The notes below the pieces were generated by a model. That model did no database searches. It was not told the DNA's origin and saw only the letters and a list, made by a program, of their open reading frames with translations. From Candidatus Saccharimonadota bacterium (GTDB taxonomy: Bacteria > Pseudomonadota > Gammaproteobacteria > Enterobacterales > Enterobacteriaceae): 32,000 bases of DNA. The translations under genes and the position numbers were made by a program. The stretch spans positions 178,481-210,480 of the forward strand of contig CP144769.1 of NCBI GenBank assembly GCA_036689235.1. Direction: 5' to 3'. Position 1 is the stretch's first letter. Every line of letters begins with the position of its first letter. Positions 1 to 11,293 of this stretch are shown here, one piece after another.

Positions 1-1082
1 ACAAAAAACATATAAGAACAAAAGATAAATGATGTATATATCCTACATATGATTTTTCACATTGCATAGCTGATTCTATAGAAAAAATAAGCCATTCTTT
101 ATGTACATTAGAATTTTTAAATAATAAAATATTATATAATTGAATTTTAAATAATATAGATATAAAACATAAACCAAAACAATATGAATTTTCAAGATTA
201 AATATTACAAATAATATAACTTCTAAAAGAAAAATAAATGTTTTAATTAAAAAAAAAATAATAAAAAATTGAAATGATCCAAGATTAATGACTATATCAG
301 GAATGAAAAAAAAAGGATATACAAAAAAATGTATATTAAATTTTTGTAAATATTTAGGAATAAGTAAACAAGAAAGTATAATAAATATTAATGTATTAAA
401 AAATTTATTAAGAAAAGATTTAAATAAAACTTCATTAAGAACAATGGGAATAATAAATCCTATTAAAATAATTTTAATAAATATTAAAAAAAAAGAAAAA
501 ATATATATACCTAATCATCCAAATAATAATAGTTTTGGTAAAAGAAAAATATATTTATATAAAAAAATATATATAGATAAAAAAGATATTAAAATAAATA
601 AAAATTTAAAATTGAATAAAATATCATTATTAAATAATAAATTAAAATTAAAATATTCTAAAATTATAATTATAAAAGATATAATATTTAATAAAAAAAA
701 TAAAATTAAATTTATAAAATGTAAAATTTCAAAAGAAAAATATATTAAAAAAAAATATAAAATAATACATTGAATATCAAAAAATGATTCAATAAAAGTA
801 AAATTTAAAATATTTAAAAATTTATTTAAAAAATATAATTTATTAAAAAATAATAATAATTTTTTAAATTATATAAATAAAAAATCTATAAAAAATAAAA
901 TAGGATATATAAATAAAGATATATTAAATAATAAAAATAAAATTTTTCAATTAGAAAGAGAAGGTTATTTTAAAATTAAATTTAAAAATAATATAATATT
1001 AAATAAAATAATATCTTTAAAAAAATAATAATTAAATGAACAAATCTATTAAAATTAAAAAAAAAAAAAAAAATTTTTATAG
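1..1082 (+). CDS. glnS: glutaminyl-tRNA synthetase, C-terminal part (5' end lies outside the window)
   Basis: Translating the frame starting at position 3 with TGA=Trp gives [32 protein letters not shown]...[21 protein letters not shown]...[18 protein letters not shown]...IIHWIS...FQLEREGYF. This is collinear with E. coli GlnRS. The first in-frame TAA/TAG is TAG at 1080-1082. The exact 3' end is uncertain because A8 and A16 tracts lie in the last 60 nt. Confidence 0.9.
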
Positions 1083-1758
1083 AAATAATTTAAGTAAAAT
1101 ATTAAATTTTTTTTTATATAAAATATATTATTTTAATAAAAAAAACATAAAAAAAATAATAAATTTTTTTAGTAAAAAATATAATTTTCATAATTTAAAA
1201 AAAATATTTAAAAAAATATCTTTTATAATAGATAAAAAAATATTAAATATATATAAAAAAAAAAAAATATATAAAAAAATAAATATATTATATAATTTAA
1301 TAGTAAAATTAAATAATAGTCATATATATATATATATATATATATTATATAATAAAAAAAATTTTTTTTTAATAAAAATAGATTTAGAAATATATACATA
1401 TAAATATTTACCATTAAAAATAATAAATTACTTAATTTCAAAATTTAAATCAGATATAATATTAATTAATTATAAAATAACAAAATTTATAAATAAAAAA
1501 AATATATATAATAAATATAAAATAAAATCATTACAAAATTTTATAAATAAAAAGTATAAAAAAAAATATGATTTACTAGATATAAATTTATATAATGAAA
1601 ATATATTCCAAACTAAAATGATAATTAAAAAAATAAATTTAAAGAAAAATATTTTTAATTATAAAAATAAAAAATTTAATAAAAAAAAAAAAATAAATAT
1701 ATTACAATTAATATGAAAAGAAATTAAAAAAATATATTATAATAAAAAAAAATTATAA
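1036..1758 (+). CDS. hypothetical protein (orphan, K/N/I/Y-rich, about 240 aa)
   Basis: ATG at 1036. The frame stays open for about 240 codons (one TGA=Trp at 1714-1716) until TAA at 1756-1758. In DNA this AT-rich, TAA/TAG should occur every few tens of nt, as they do in all frames of the 4103-4732 spacer. I recognised no family motif. The ORF contains an (AT)12 run and an A16 run. Confidence 0.5.
1058..1073 (+). repeat. A16 homopolymer in the glnS 3' end / orphan ORF 5' end overlap
   Basis: Direct count gives 16 consecutive A bases. They are read as a Lys run in both overlapping frames. Confidence 0.95.
1322..1345 (+). repeat. (AT)12 dinucleotide microsatellite inside the orphan ORF
   Basis: Direct reading finds 24 nt of alternating AT, translated as IYIYIYI. 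Confidence 0.9.
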
Positions 1759-2496
1759 AGTTAAAATTTTATATCCATTTTTAGTAACTAAAATAGTATG
1801 TTCATATTGAGCTGATAAACTATTATCTTTTGTTTTAACTGTTCATCCATCTTTATCAATATAAGTATCACTTTTACCTAAATTAATCATTGGTTCAATA
1901 GTAAAAACCATACCAGTTTTCATATAAAAATTATAATTATTTTTATAATGTAAAATTTGTGGAAATTCATGAAGTTTTTTTCCTATTCCATGTCCACAAT
2001 AATTTTTAACTATAGAATAACCATAATAATTAATATATTTTTGTATATTTTTACCAATTAAATTAATTTTATTACCATTTTTAACATATTTAAGAGCATA
2101 AAAAATACTATTATAAGCAACATTACATAATTTTAAAATATTTATATTAGGAGTTCCTACAAAAAACATTTTAGAAGAATCAGAATAATATTTATTTTTA
2201 CAAATAGAAATATCTATATTTATAATATCTCCATCTTTTAAAATACAATTGTAATCTGGTATTCCATGACAAACAACATTATTTACAGAAGTACATATGG
2301 ATTTAGGATAATTCATATATCCTAAAATAGCAGGATAAGCTTTATAATAATTTATTATTTTTGAATGACATATATCATTTATATAACCAGTAGAAATACC
2401 TTTTTTTACATATTTTGAAATATATAACAATAAATTTTTTACTATATTTCCAACTAAAAACATATTTTTAATATCTTTATTATTTTTAACTATCAT
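1753..2496 (-). CDS. map: methionine aminopeptidase, type I
   Basis: MetAP metal-ligand blocks are present: VCHGIP, DGDIINIDIS, CGHGIG, FTIEP, AQYEHTILVT. The ORF-track piece 1843-2496 extends through one TGA (DKDGWTVKTKD) to TAA (complement of 1753-1755). The gene is divergent from rpsB, as in proteobacteria. Confidence 0.93.
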
Positions 2497-2577
2497 ACAA
2501 TTAATCCTTTTTTTTTAAAATAATATAATTAAATATAAAATATACATATATAATAATATAAAAATATATTTTAATAA

Positions 2578-3261
2578 ATGGTAATTAATATGATAAATTT
2601 TTCGATTAAAGAAATGATAAAAGCAGGAATACATTTTGGTCATCAAACAAAATATTGAAATCCAAAAATGAAACCTTATATATATACAAAATACAATAAA
2701 ATACATATTATAAATTTAAATAAAACTATAAAATTATTTAATATAGCAATTAAAGAATTAAAAAAATTACAAAAAAATAAAAAAAAAATATTATTTATAG
2801 GTACAAAAAAACAAGCATCTAAAATAATAAAAGAAACAGCAATTATTTGTAAACAATTTTATATAAATAAAAGATGATTAGGAGGTACATTAACAAATTG
2901 AAAAACAGTTAAAAAATCAATTAAATATTTAAAAAAATTAGAAAAAGAATATAAAAAACTATTATTAAATAAATATGTCAAAAAAAAAGAAATATTATTT
3001 AAAAAAAAAAAAATTAAAAAATTAAAAGATAATTTAGAAGGAATAAAAAATATAAAAGGATTACCTAATGCTATATTTGTAATAGATGCAAAATATGAAA
3101 AATTAGCAATAAAAGAAGCAAAACAATTAAAAATAAAAATTTTTTCTATAGTAGATACTAATAATAATCCAGATAATATAGATTATATTATACCAGGTAA
3201 TGATGATTCAATAAAATCTATAAAATGATATTTAAATATAATATGCAAAACAATAAATTAA
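2578..3261 (+). CDS. rpsB: 30S ribosomal protein S2
   Basis: [36 protein letters not shown] matches the E. coli S2 N-terminus, with TGA 2656-2658 at the conserved Trp. The C-terminal block reads IIPGNDDSIKSI. Ends at TAA 3259-3261. An alternative ATG lies at 2590. Confidence 0.93.
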
Positions 3262-4001
3262 AAGAAAAAAAAATAAATTTAATAAAAAAATTAAGAAATT
3301 TAACTAAAATAAGTATAATAAAATGTAAAAAATCATTAGAAAATAATAATTATAATTTTGAAAAATCATTAATATATTTAAAAAAATTAAATATAAAAAA
3401 TAAAAATATTACAAAAGAAGGTATTATTATAAATAAATGTAAAAATAATAATGCAATAATGTTAAAATTACTTTGTGAAACAGATTTTACTTCAAAAAAT
3501 AAATATTTTAAAAAATTTGCAAATAAAATAATAAACTTTTGTTTAAAAAAAAATATATACAAAATAAAAAAAATAAATAAAATTTTTAAAAATAAATTAA
3601 AATATTTAAAAATAAAATTTAATGAAAATATTATTATATATAATATATGTCATTTAAAAGGGAAATATATAGGAAATTATTTATATAATAATAATAAAAT
3701 AGGATCAATATTAAAAGTTAAAAGTAAAAAAAATAATATAGAAAAAAAATATATAAAAAAATTATGTATTCATATAACAGCAATGAATCCAAAATATATA
3801 GATCTTAAAAATATATCATTAAATATAATTAAAAAAAAAATAAAAAATAAATTAATTTATAATAAAAAAAAAATTAATGAAAAAATTAAAAAAAAAACTT
3901 TACTAGAACAAAAATTTATTTATAATAATAAAATTAAAGTAAAAGATTTTATAAATAAAAAAAATATTAAAATAATAAATTTTTATATATATAAAATTTA
4001 A
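3243..4001 (+). CDS. tsf: elongation factor Ts
   Basis: LIKKLRNLTKISIIKCKKSLENNNYNFEKSLIYLKK resembles the EF-Ts N-terminal domain (VKELRERTGAGMMDCKKAL). The gene lies directly after rpsB. An in-frame alternative ATG at 3225 is the one used by the ORF track. The gene overlaps the rpsB 3' end. Confidence 0.85.
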   Translation: MQNNKLKEKKINLIKKLRNLTKISIIKCKKSLENNNYNFEKSLIYLKKLNIKNKNITKEGIIINKCKNNNAIMLKLLCETDFTSKNKYFKKFANKIINFCLKKNIYKIKKINKIFKNKLKYLKIKFNENIIIYNICHLKGKYIGNYLYNNNKIGSILKVKSKKNNIEKKYIKKLCIHITAMNPKYIDLKNISLNIIKKKIKNKLIYNKKKINEKIKKKTLLEQKFIYNNKIKVKDFINKKNIKIINFYIYKI

Positions 4002-4018
4002 ATAATAATAATAAAATT

Positions 4019-4102
<84 letters not shown>

Positions 4103-4732
4103 TTTTATATTTTTTTTTTAAATATTTTTAAATAATTTTAATTAATATAATAATAATTATTTAAATTTAAATAATAAAAACATTTATATAAATAAATTAT
4201 AAGTATAAATTAATAAAATAATATTTTTTATAATAAATAAATTTAATTATAAACAAAATAAAAATATTATAATTTATTATTAATATTATAAATAACAAAT
4301 ATATATTATAATAATTAAAAATATAATAAAATATTATTAAGTAATATATTTATAATTAATATATTTAAATATAATATAAATAATAAATAATTATTAATAA
4401 ATTAAAATAAATATTTAAAATAATATTAATTTTACATAAATATATAATATTTAATAATAAGATAATTAAAATAACATATATATTGAATATATTTTTAAAA
4501 TAATTAAAAAATATTTATATATAAATATAAAATAAAATAAATATAAGTATATAAAATAATTTAATTTAAATAATATAATATAATTTATTTTAAAATATTT
4601 TAAAAATATTTATTAAAATAAATAAAAAACTTAATTAATATATAAAAATTCTTAAATATCAAATAATAATAATATAATTTTAAAATAAATTTAATTTTAT
4701 TTTTTTATAAATAATAAATTATTATATAAAAT
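4103..4732. other. about 630 bp non-coding spacer of nearly pure A/T
   Basis: A hand count finds only about 13 G/C bases in about 630 nt. Stop codons are frequent in all six frames and no ORF-track entry falls here. It is the largest non-coding interval in the window by far; the next largest are under 100 nt, apart from the tatD remnant. Confidence 0.85.
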
Positions 4733-6439
4733 ATGAATATTAATTACATTAAAAAAAAAATATTAAAAATAAAAAAAAAAATAAAAATATTTTCTTATTA
4801 TTATTTTAATAAAAATAAAAGTATAATTTCAGATGAAAAATATGATTTATTATTAAAAAAATTAGAAAAACTTGAAAAAAAATATCCATTATTAAAATCT
4901 AAAAATAGTCCAACAAAGAATATATATTATAAATTTAAAAATAATTTTATAAAAAAAAAACATAGTATACCAATGTTATCAATTAAAAATTTTTATTCAT
5001 TTAAAGAAATAAAAAAATATTTAAAAAGAATAAATAAAAAATATAAAATAAATAACTTTTGTTGTGAATTAAAAATAGATGGAATGGCAATTAGTTTAAT
5101 TTATAAAAATAATTTATTATATAAATCTTTAACTAGAGGTGATGGTATATATGGAGAAAATGTAATAAAAAATATAAAATATATAAATTCAATACCTAAA
5201 AATATAAAATTAAAAAAAAATATATATAATATAGAAATAAGAGGAGAAATTTATATTTCTAAAAAAAAATTTATTAAAATAAATAAAAATAAAATATTTT
5301 CAAATAGTAGAAATATAATTTCAGGAACAGTAAGAAATTCAAATAAAAAAATAATAAAAAAAAGAAAATTATCATTTATAGCATATGACATAATTATTAA
5401 TAATAATAGAAAAATTTTTTTAACTCAATATAAAAGTTTAAAAAAAATTAATAAATTAGGTTTTAAAATAGATAAAAAAACTAAATTAATTAATAATATT
5501 AAAGATATAAAAAAATATTATAATAAAATTAAAAAAATAAAAAAAAAAATAGATTTTGATATTGATGGAATAGTAATAAAAATAAATAATAAATTAATAC
5601 AAGAAAAAATAAAAAATAATAATAAATATATTAAATGATGTATAGCATGAAAATTTCCATCTAAAAAAAAAATAACAAAAGTAAAAAATATAATTTTTAA
5701 AATTAATAAAACTGGAATAATAATACCTATAATTATAATAAAAAAAATAAAAATACAGCAAGTTAAAATTAAAAAAATTAATTTATATAATTTAAATTAT
5801 CTAAATAAAAAAAAAATAAATATAGGAGATAATGTTATAATAGAAAGAAGTGGAAATGTTATTCCAAAAATAATTAAAATAATTAAAAAAAATAAAAAAA
5901 AATATTTTATAAATAAATGTCCTTTTTGTAAAAAAAAAATAAATATAAATGAAAAAATTCCAAAATGTTATTATAAAAAATGTTATAAAAAAATAATAAG
6001 TAAAATAATATATTTTTGTTCAAAAGAAGCATTTAATATAATAGGATTAGGAAAAAATATAATTAAAAAATTAGTAAAATATAAATGTATAAAAAATATA
6101 ATAGATATATTTAAAATTTCAAAAAAAAAATTAATTAAAATACCTAAAATTAAAAATAAATTATCAAATAATATAATAGAATCTATAAATTTATCAAAAA
6201 AAAAAATAAAATTAAATAATATAATAAATTCTATTTCAATTCCAAATATAGGAAAATATTCTTCAATTAAAATAAGTAAAAATATAAATTGTTTTAAAGA
6301 ATTTATTAATTTAAATAAAAAAAAAATTTATAAAATAGAAAACATAAGTAAAAAAAAAAAAAAATCAATAATAAAATATTTAAATAATAAAAAAAATATA
6401 AAATTTTTAAAAAAATTAAATAAAATTTTATTTAATTAA
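4733..6439 (+). CDS. ligA: NAD-dependent DNA ligase (short form, apparently lacking a C-terminal BRCT domain)
   Basis: Adenylation motif CELKIDGMAISL (KxDG). IKWCIAWKFPSK uses two TGA=Trp codons. Cys4 zinc finger CPFCKKK...PKCYYKKC, followed by a helix-hairpin-helix-like region. Ends at TAA 6437-6439. Total 568 codons. Confidence 0.9.
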
Positions 6440-7835
6440 AAAAATTTTTAATACAATATTTTATTCTATATAAAAATTTTTTTTTTTTTAATAAAAAAAT
6501 TATTTTATTAATACTTGGTGTATTTTCTTTACCTGTTATAAAAAAATGTAAAATTTTAAATATATAATTAATTTTAATATTAAAAAATTTTTTAATTAAA
6601 TTATTAATACATAAATTGATATTTTTAATATTTCATATATATATATTAAATATTTTTTTATATAAAAATGATAATATTAAAAAAGAATTATTATTATTAT
6701 ATTTATTTACAAGTAAAGAATTAAAATATATTTTTTTATTAAAAATTAAACAAAAATATACTATATCTTTAATTAAATAACTTCTTTTAATAATAAAAGA
6801 TATTATTTCATCTAAATTATCAATATTATCTAAAAATATTTTATTATTAATAATAAAATATTTAAAATAAATTTTAAATTTTTTATAAGATATATTATAT
6901 AAATAATATTTATTTAAAAATAAAATTTTTTTATTATTTAAAATACAAGGTGATTTATTTATTTTAAATAAATTATTTATATATTTCATTTCATTTATAT
7001 CATTAAATTTAATATTTAAATAATTTCTACCTATATTTAATAAATAATTTAATATAGATATTGGTAAATATCCATCATAAATATATTTTTTTATATTAAA
7101 TAAAAAATTTTTTTTAGATATTTTTTTTTTATTTTTATCTAACATAATTGGTAAATGAACATATTTAGGAATTTTATAATTTAATGATTTTAAAATATTT
7201 ATTTGTCTAGGAGTATTATTTATATGATCTTCACCTCTTATTACATGACTAATAGACATATAATAATCATCAATTATTACACAAAAATTATAAGTTGGAG
7301 TTCCATCACTACGTTGTATTATAATATCATCTAATTGATTATTATTAATTACTATATTTTTAAATATAATATCATTAAAAAATACATCACCATTTAATGG
7401 ATTTTTAAATCTCACTACATATGATTTATTTTTATAATTAAAATATTTATTTCTACAAAAATTATCATATTTTGGTTTTAAACCATTTTTAATACATATA
7501 TTACGTATATTATTTAATCTTTTATTAGAACAATAACATTTATATGCTAAATCATTAGATAACATATAATTTATTATATTAATATATTTTTCAATTCTAC
7601 TAGATTGATAATATACTTCATTATCTCAATATAAACCTAATCACTCTAATGTATATAATATATAATCAGAATATTTTTTATTAAATTTATTATATTCAGT
7701 ATCTTCTATACGTAAAATAAATTTACCATTATTTTTTCTTGCATATATTCAAGAATATAATGCAGTTCTTATATTACCAATATGTAAGTATCCAGTTGGA
7801 CTAGGAGCAAATCTTGTAATAATATCATTATTCAT
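6432..7835 (-). CDS. gltX: glutamyl-tRNA synthetase
   Basis: The N-terminus [47 protein letters not shown] carries the HIGH motif and has TGA (complement of 7749-7751) at the conserved Trp. A KISKK (KMSKS-like) motif is present. Traced codon by codon through TGA codons to TAA (complement of 6432-6434). Total 467 aa. The 3' end overlaps ligA by 8 nt. Confidence 0.92.
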
Positions 7836-7928
7836 ATTTATTAATTAAAAAAAAAAATTAAATTTATATATTATAATTATATAATTTTAATAATAACATT
7901 TATTTTATAAAATTTATAATTAAAATAT

Positions 7929-9731
7929 ATGAATAAAAAATATATAAGAAATTTTTCAATAATAGCTCATATAGATCATGGAAAATCAACATTATCTGAT
8001 CGTATAATAGAAATATGTACTGGAAAAAAAATAAGTAAAAAAAATTCTAGAATTTTAGATTCAATGGAAATAGAAAAAGAAAAAGGAATAACTATAAAAT
8101 CACAAAGTGTATTATTAAAATATAAATTTAAAAAAAAAATATATAAATTAAATTTAATAGATACACCAGGACATATAGATTTTAATAATGAAGTATCCAG
8201 ATCATTATATATATGTGATGGAGCTTTATTATTAATAGATTCAATAAAAGGTATACAATCACAAACAATAACAAATTATAAAATAGCAAAAAAATTAAAT
8301 ATTAAAATTATACCTATAATAAATAAAATTGATTTATTATATAATGATATAAAAAATATAAAAAATCAAATAAAAAATATATTTAAAATAAAAAAAAAAA
8401 AAATAATTTTGTGTTCAAGTAAAAAAGGAATAGGAATAAAAAATATTATATTAAAAATAATAAAAAATATTCCTTATCCAAAAGGATCTATAAATTTACC
8501 TTTACAAGCAATAATAATAGATTCATATTTTGATAAATATTTAGGAATATTTTTTTTAATTAAAGTTATTAATGGAAATATTAAAAAAAATGATATTATT
8601 AAAATAATAAATTTAGATAATAAAAAATATTATATAAAAACAATACATATATATATACCAAAAAAAAAAAATATAAATATTTTATATTGTGGTGAAATAG
8701 GTTGAGTATCATGTAATATAAAAATAATAAAATATTTTAATCCAATAGGTAAAGTAATAACAGATTATAAAAATAATAATTTAATTAAAATATCTAATTT
8801 TAAAAAAACAAAACCACAATTATATGCTAGTATATATCCTGAAAATAATAAAAATTTTTTATATTTTAAAAAATCAATAGAAAAATTAAGTTTAAATGAT
8901 TATTCTTTTGTTTTTAAACAAGAAAATTCTTATTTATTAGGAAATGGATTTAGATGTGGTTTTTTAGGAATATTACATGTAGAAATTATAAAAGAAAGAT
9001 TAAAAAAAGAATATAATTTAAATATAATAATAACTTCACCATCAATAATTTATAAAATAATAACAAAAAAAAAAAAAATATTATATATAGAAAATCCAAA
9101 TAAATTACCACCAAAAAATGAAATAAAAGAAATACAGGAACAAATATCAATATGTAAAATAATTACACCACAAATATATTGCGGTAAAATAATTAATTTA
9201 TGTATAAATAAAAGAGGTATACAAAAAAAAATAATATATTTTAATAATAATAATGTTTATTTAAAATATGAATTACCTACTAATGAAATAATAACAAATT
9301 TTAGTAATATAATTAAATCAATATCTCAAGGATATGCTTCATTTCAATATAAATTTAAAAAATATAGAAAATCAAATATTGAATTAATAGAATTTTTAAT
9401 AAATAATAATAAATTAGAAGGATTTTCTATATTAATACATAAAAATAAAATAAAAAAATATAGTGAAAATATTATAAATACAATAAAAAAAAATTTAAAT
9501 AAACAACAATTTGAAATTAAAATTCAATCAAAATGTAATAATAAAATTATTTCTTCATGTATAATAAAATCTTTTAGAAAAAATGTAATTTCAAAATGTT
9601 ATGGCGGAGATGTTACAAGAAAAAAAAAATTATTAGAAAAACAAAAAAAAGGTAAAAAAAAATTAAAAAAAATTGGAAATATATTAATATCATCAAAAAT
9701 ATATTTTGAAACAATTAAAAAAAAAATTTAA
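7929..9731 (+). CDS. lepA: translation elongation factor 4 (LepA)
   Basis: IAHIDHGKSTLSDR (G1), DTPGH (G3), NKID (G4), and the LepA-specific C-terminus CYGGDVTRKKKLLEKQKKGKKKLKKIG. Ends at TAA 9729-9731. Confidence 0.94.
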
Positions 9732-9732
9732 T

Positions 9733-10608
9733 ATGACATATAATAAAATATTATTTTTTATAATAATAATAAACTTTATAATTAAAATATACAATAATTT
9801 AAATAAAAAAAAATATTTCATTAACATAATTAATATTAATTCTATATTGATATTTATATTTATATTTAGATCTTTTATTTATGAACCATTTAAAATACCA
9901 TCAGCTTCAATGTTACCAAATTTATTAATTGGTGATATGATACTCGTAAATAAAACAAAATATAATATAAAAAATCCATTAACAAATAAAACTATATTAA
10001 ATATAGGTAAACCTAATTATGGAGATATAATTGTATTTCAATATCCAAAAAATAAAAAAATATATTATATAAAACGTATAATTGCTTTACCTAACGATAA
10101 AATAATATATAACAAAGAAAGTAAAAAAATTAGTATATATAAATTTAATAAAAATAAAAAAAAATATTACAAAAAAAATATTGTAAAATATAAAAATATT
10201 AAGATAAATAATTTTATAGAAGAGATATATATATCAAATAATAATAATATATATGAAAATTTTTTTAATATAAAAAAAATAAATATAATTAATTTAAATA
10301 AAAAAATATTTTCAAAAATAATATTTTTAATTAAAAAAACAGAATATATTAAAAATAATAAATATAAAATATTATTAATACCATATAAAAAAAAATATAA
10401 AAAAAAAATAAAAAAATGAATTATACCTAAAAATAAATATTTTGTTATGGGAGATTATAGAGATAATAGTAAAGATAGTAGATATTTAGGATTTATAAAT
10501 AAAAATTTAATTATAGGAAAAGCAGAGTATATATGAATGAGTATAAATAAACAAAAAAATTTTTTATCAATATATATAAGATTTAATAGAATAGGTAAAA
10601 TAATTTAA
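9733..10608 (+). CDS. lepB: signal peptidase I
   Basis: N-terminal TM segment, then PSASMLPNLLIGD (catalytic Ser box), GDIIVFQYP, YIKRIIALPNDKI (Lys box), and GDYRDNSKDSRYLGF after a TGA=Trp. Ends at TAA 10606-10608. An alternative in-frame ATG at 9706 would overlap lepA. Confidence 0.9.
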
Positions 10609-10613
10609 AATTT

Positions 10614-11291
10614 ATGATTAATATAAATTATTTAGAAAAAAAAATAAAATATAAATTTAATAATAAAAAAATATTATTATTATCTTTAACACATAAAAGT
10701 TATAATAAAAATCATAATGAAAGATTAGAATTTTTAGGAGATTCAATATTAAATTTTATTATTACAAATAAAATATATAAAAAATTTTATAATTTTAAAG
10801 AAGGATTAATGACAAGAATTAGATCTAAATTAGTAAATAAAAAAAATTTATTTAAAATTGCAAATAAAATTAAATTATATAAATATATATTATTAGGAAA
10901 AGGTGAAATTAAAAATAATAAAAAAAATAATAAAAAATCTATTTTGGCAAATACATTAGAAGCTATAATAGGTGCCATATTTATAGATAGTAAAAATATA
11001 AAAATAATAAAAAAAATAATAATATATTTATTTTTTAAAAATCAAATATTAAATAAAAAATATAATTATAAAGATTATAAAACTTTATTACAAGAATACT
11101 TACAAAAAATAAAATTACCATTACCCATATATTTTTTAGGTAAAAAAAAAGGAAAAGATCATAAACAAATATTCACAATATATTGTAAAATTAATAATTT
11201 AAATAAAATCAATAAAGGTATAAGTTATAATAAAAAAAATGCTGAACAAATAGCTGCTAAAAATACATTAATAAATTTAGGATTAATTTAA
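10614..11291 (+). CDS. rnc: ribonuclease III
   Basis: RNase III signature NERLEFLGDSILNFII. C-terminal dsRBD-like segment AEQIAAKNTLINL. Conserved lepB-rnc-era order. Confidence 0.92.
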   Translation: MININYLEKKIKYKFNNKKILLLSLTHKSYNKNHNERLEFLGDSILNFIITNKIYKKFYNFKEGLMTRIRSKLVNKKNLFKIANKIKLYKYILLGKGEIKNNKKNNKKSILANTLEAIIGAIFIDSKNIKIIKKIIIYLFFKNQILNKKYNYKDYKTLLQEYLQKIKLPLPIYFLGKKKGKDHKQIFTIYCKINNLNKINKGISYNKKNAEQIAAKNTLINLGLI

Positions 11292-11293
11292 TA

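Noticed and set aside
1223-1441. Antisense or overlapping ORF-track entries: 1223-1441(-), 2515-2706(-), 3350-3562(-), 10787-10978(-), 12341-12571(-) and 2668-2877(+).
   Set aside because: These lie antisense to, or are sub-fragments of, well-supported genes (orphan/rpsB/tsf/rnc/ung). Their translations are low-complexity F/I/L/Y/K strings of the kind expected from the complement of AAA/AAT-rich coding DNA, with no motifs.
4103-4732. A hidden protein-coding gene or structured ncRNA (tmRNA, RNase P RNA, 4.5S RNA) in the large spacer.
   Set aside because: Stops occur in all six frames at short intervals. With about 13 G/C bases in 630 nt, no stable helices or conserved ncRNA cores can form. 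By contrast, the tRNAs stand out clearly as G+C-rich islands.
9706-9732. An upstream ATG at 9706 as the lepB start, and similarly 3225 for tsf.
   Set aside because: Both are possible. Each adds a short K-rich extension that overlaps the upstream gene and has no counterpart in orthologues, so the downstream ATGs (9733 and 3243) were preferred. The choice is not resolvable from sequence alone.
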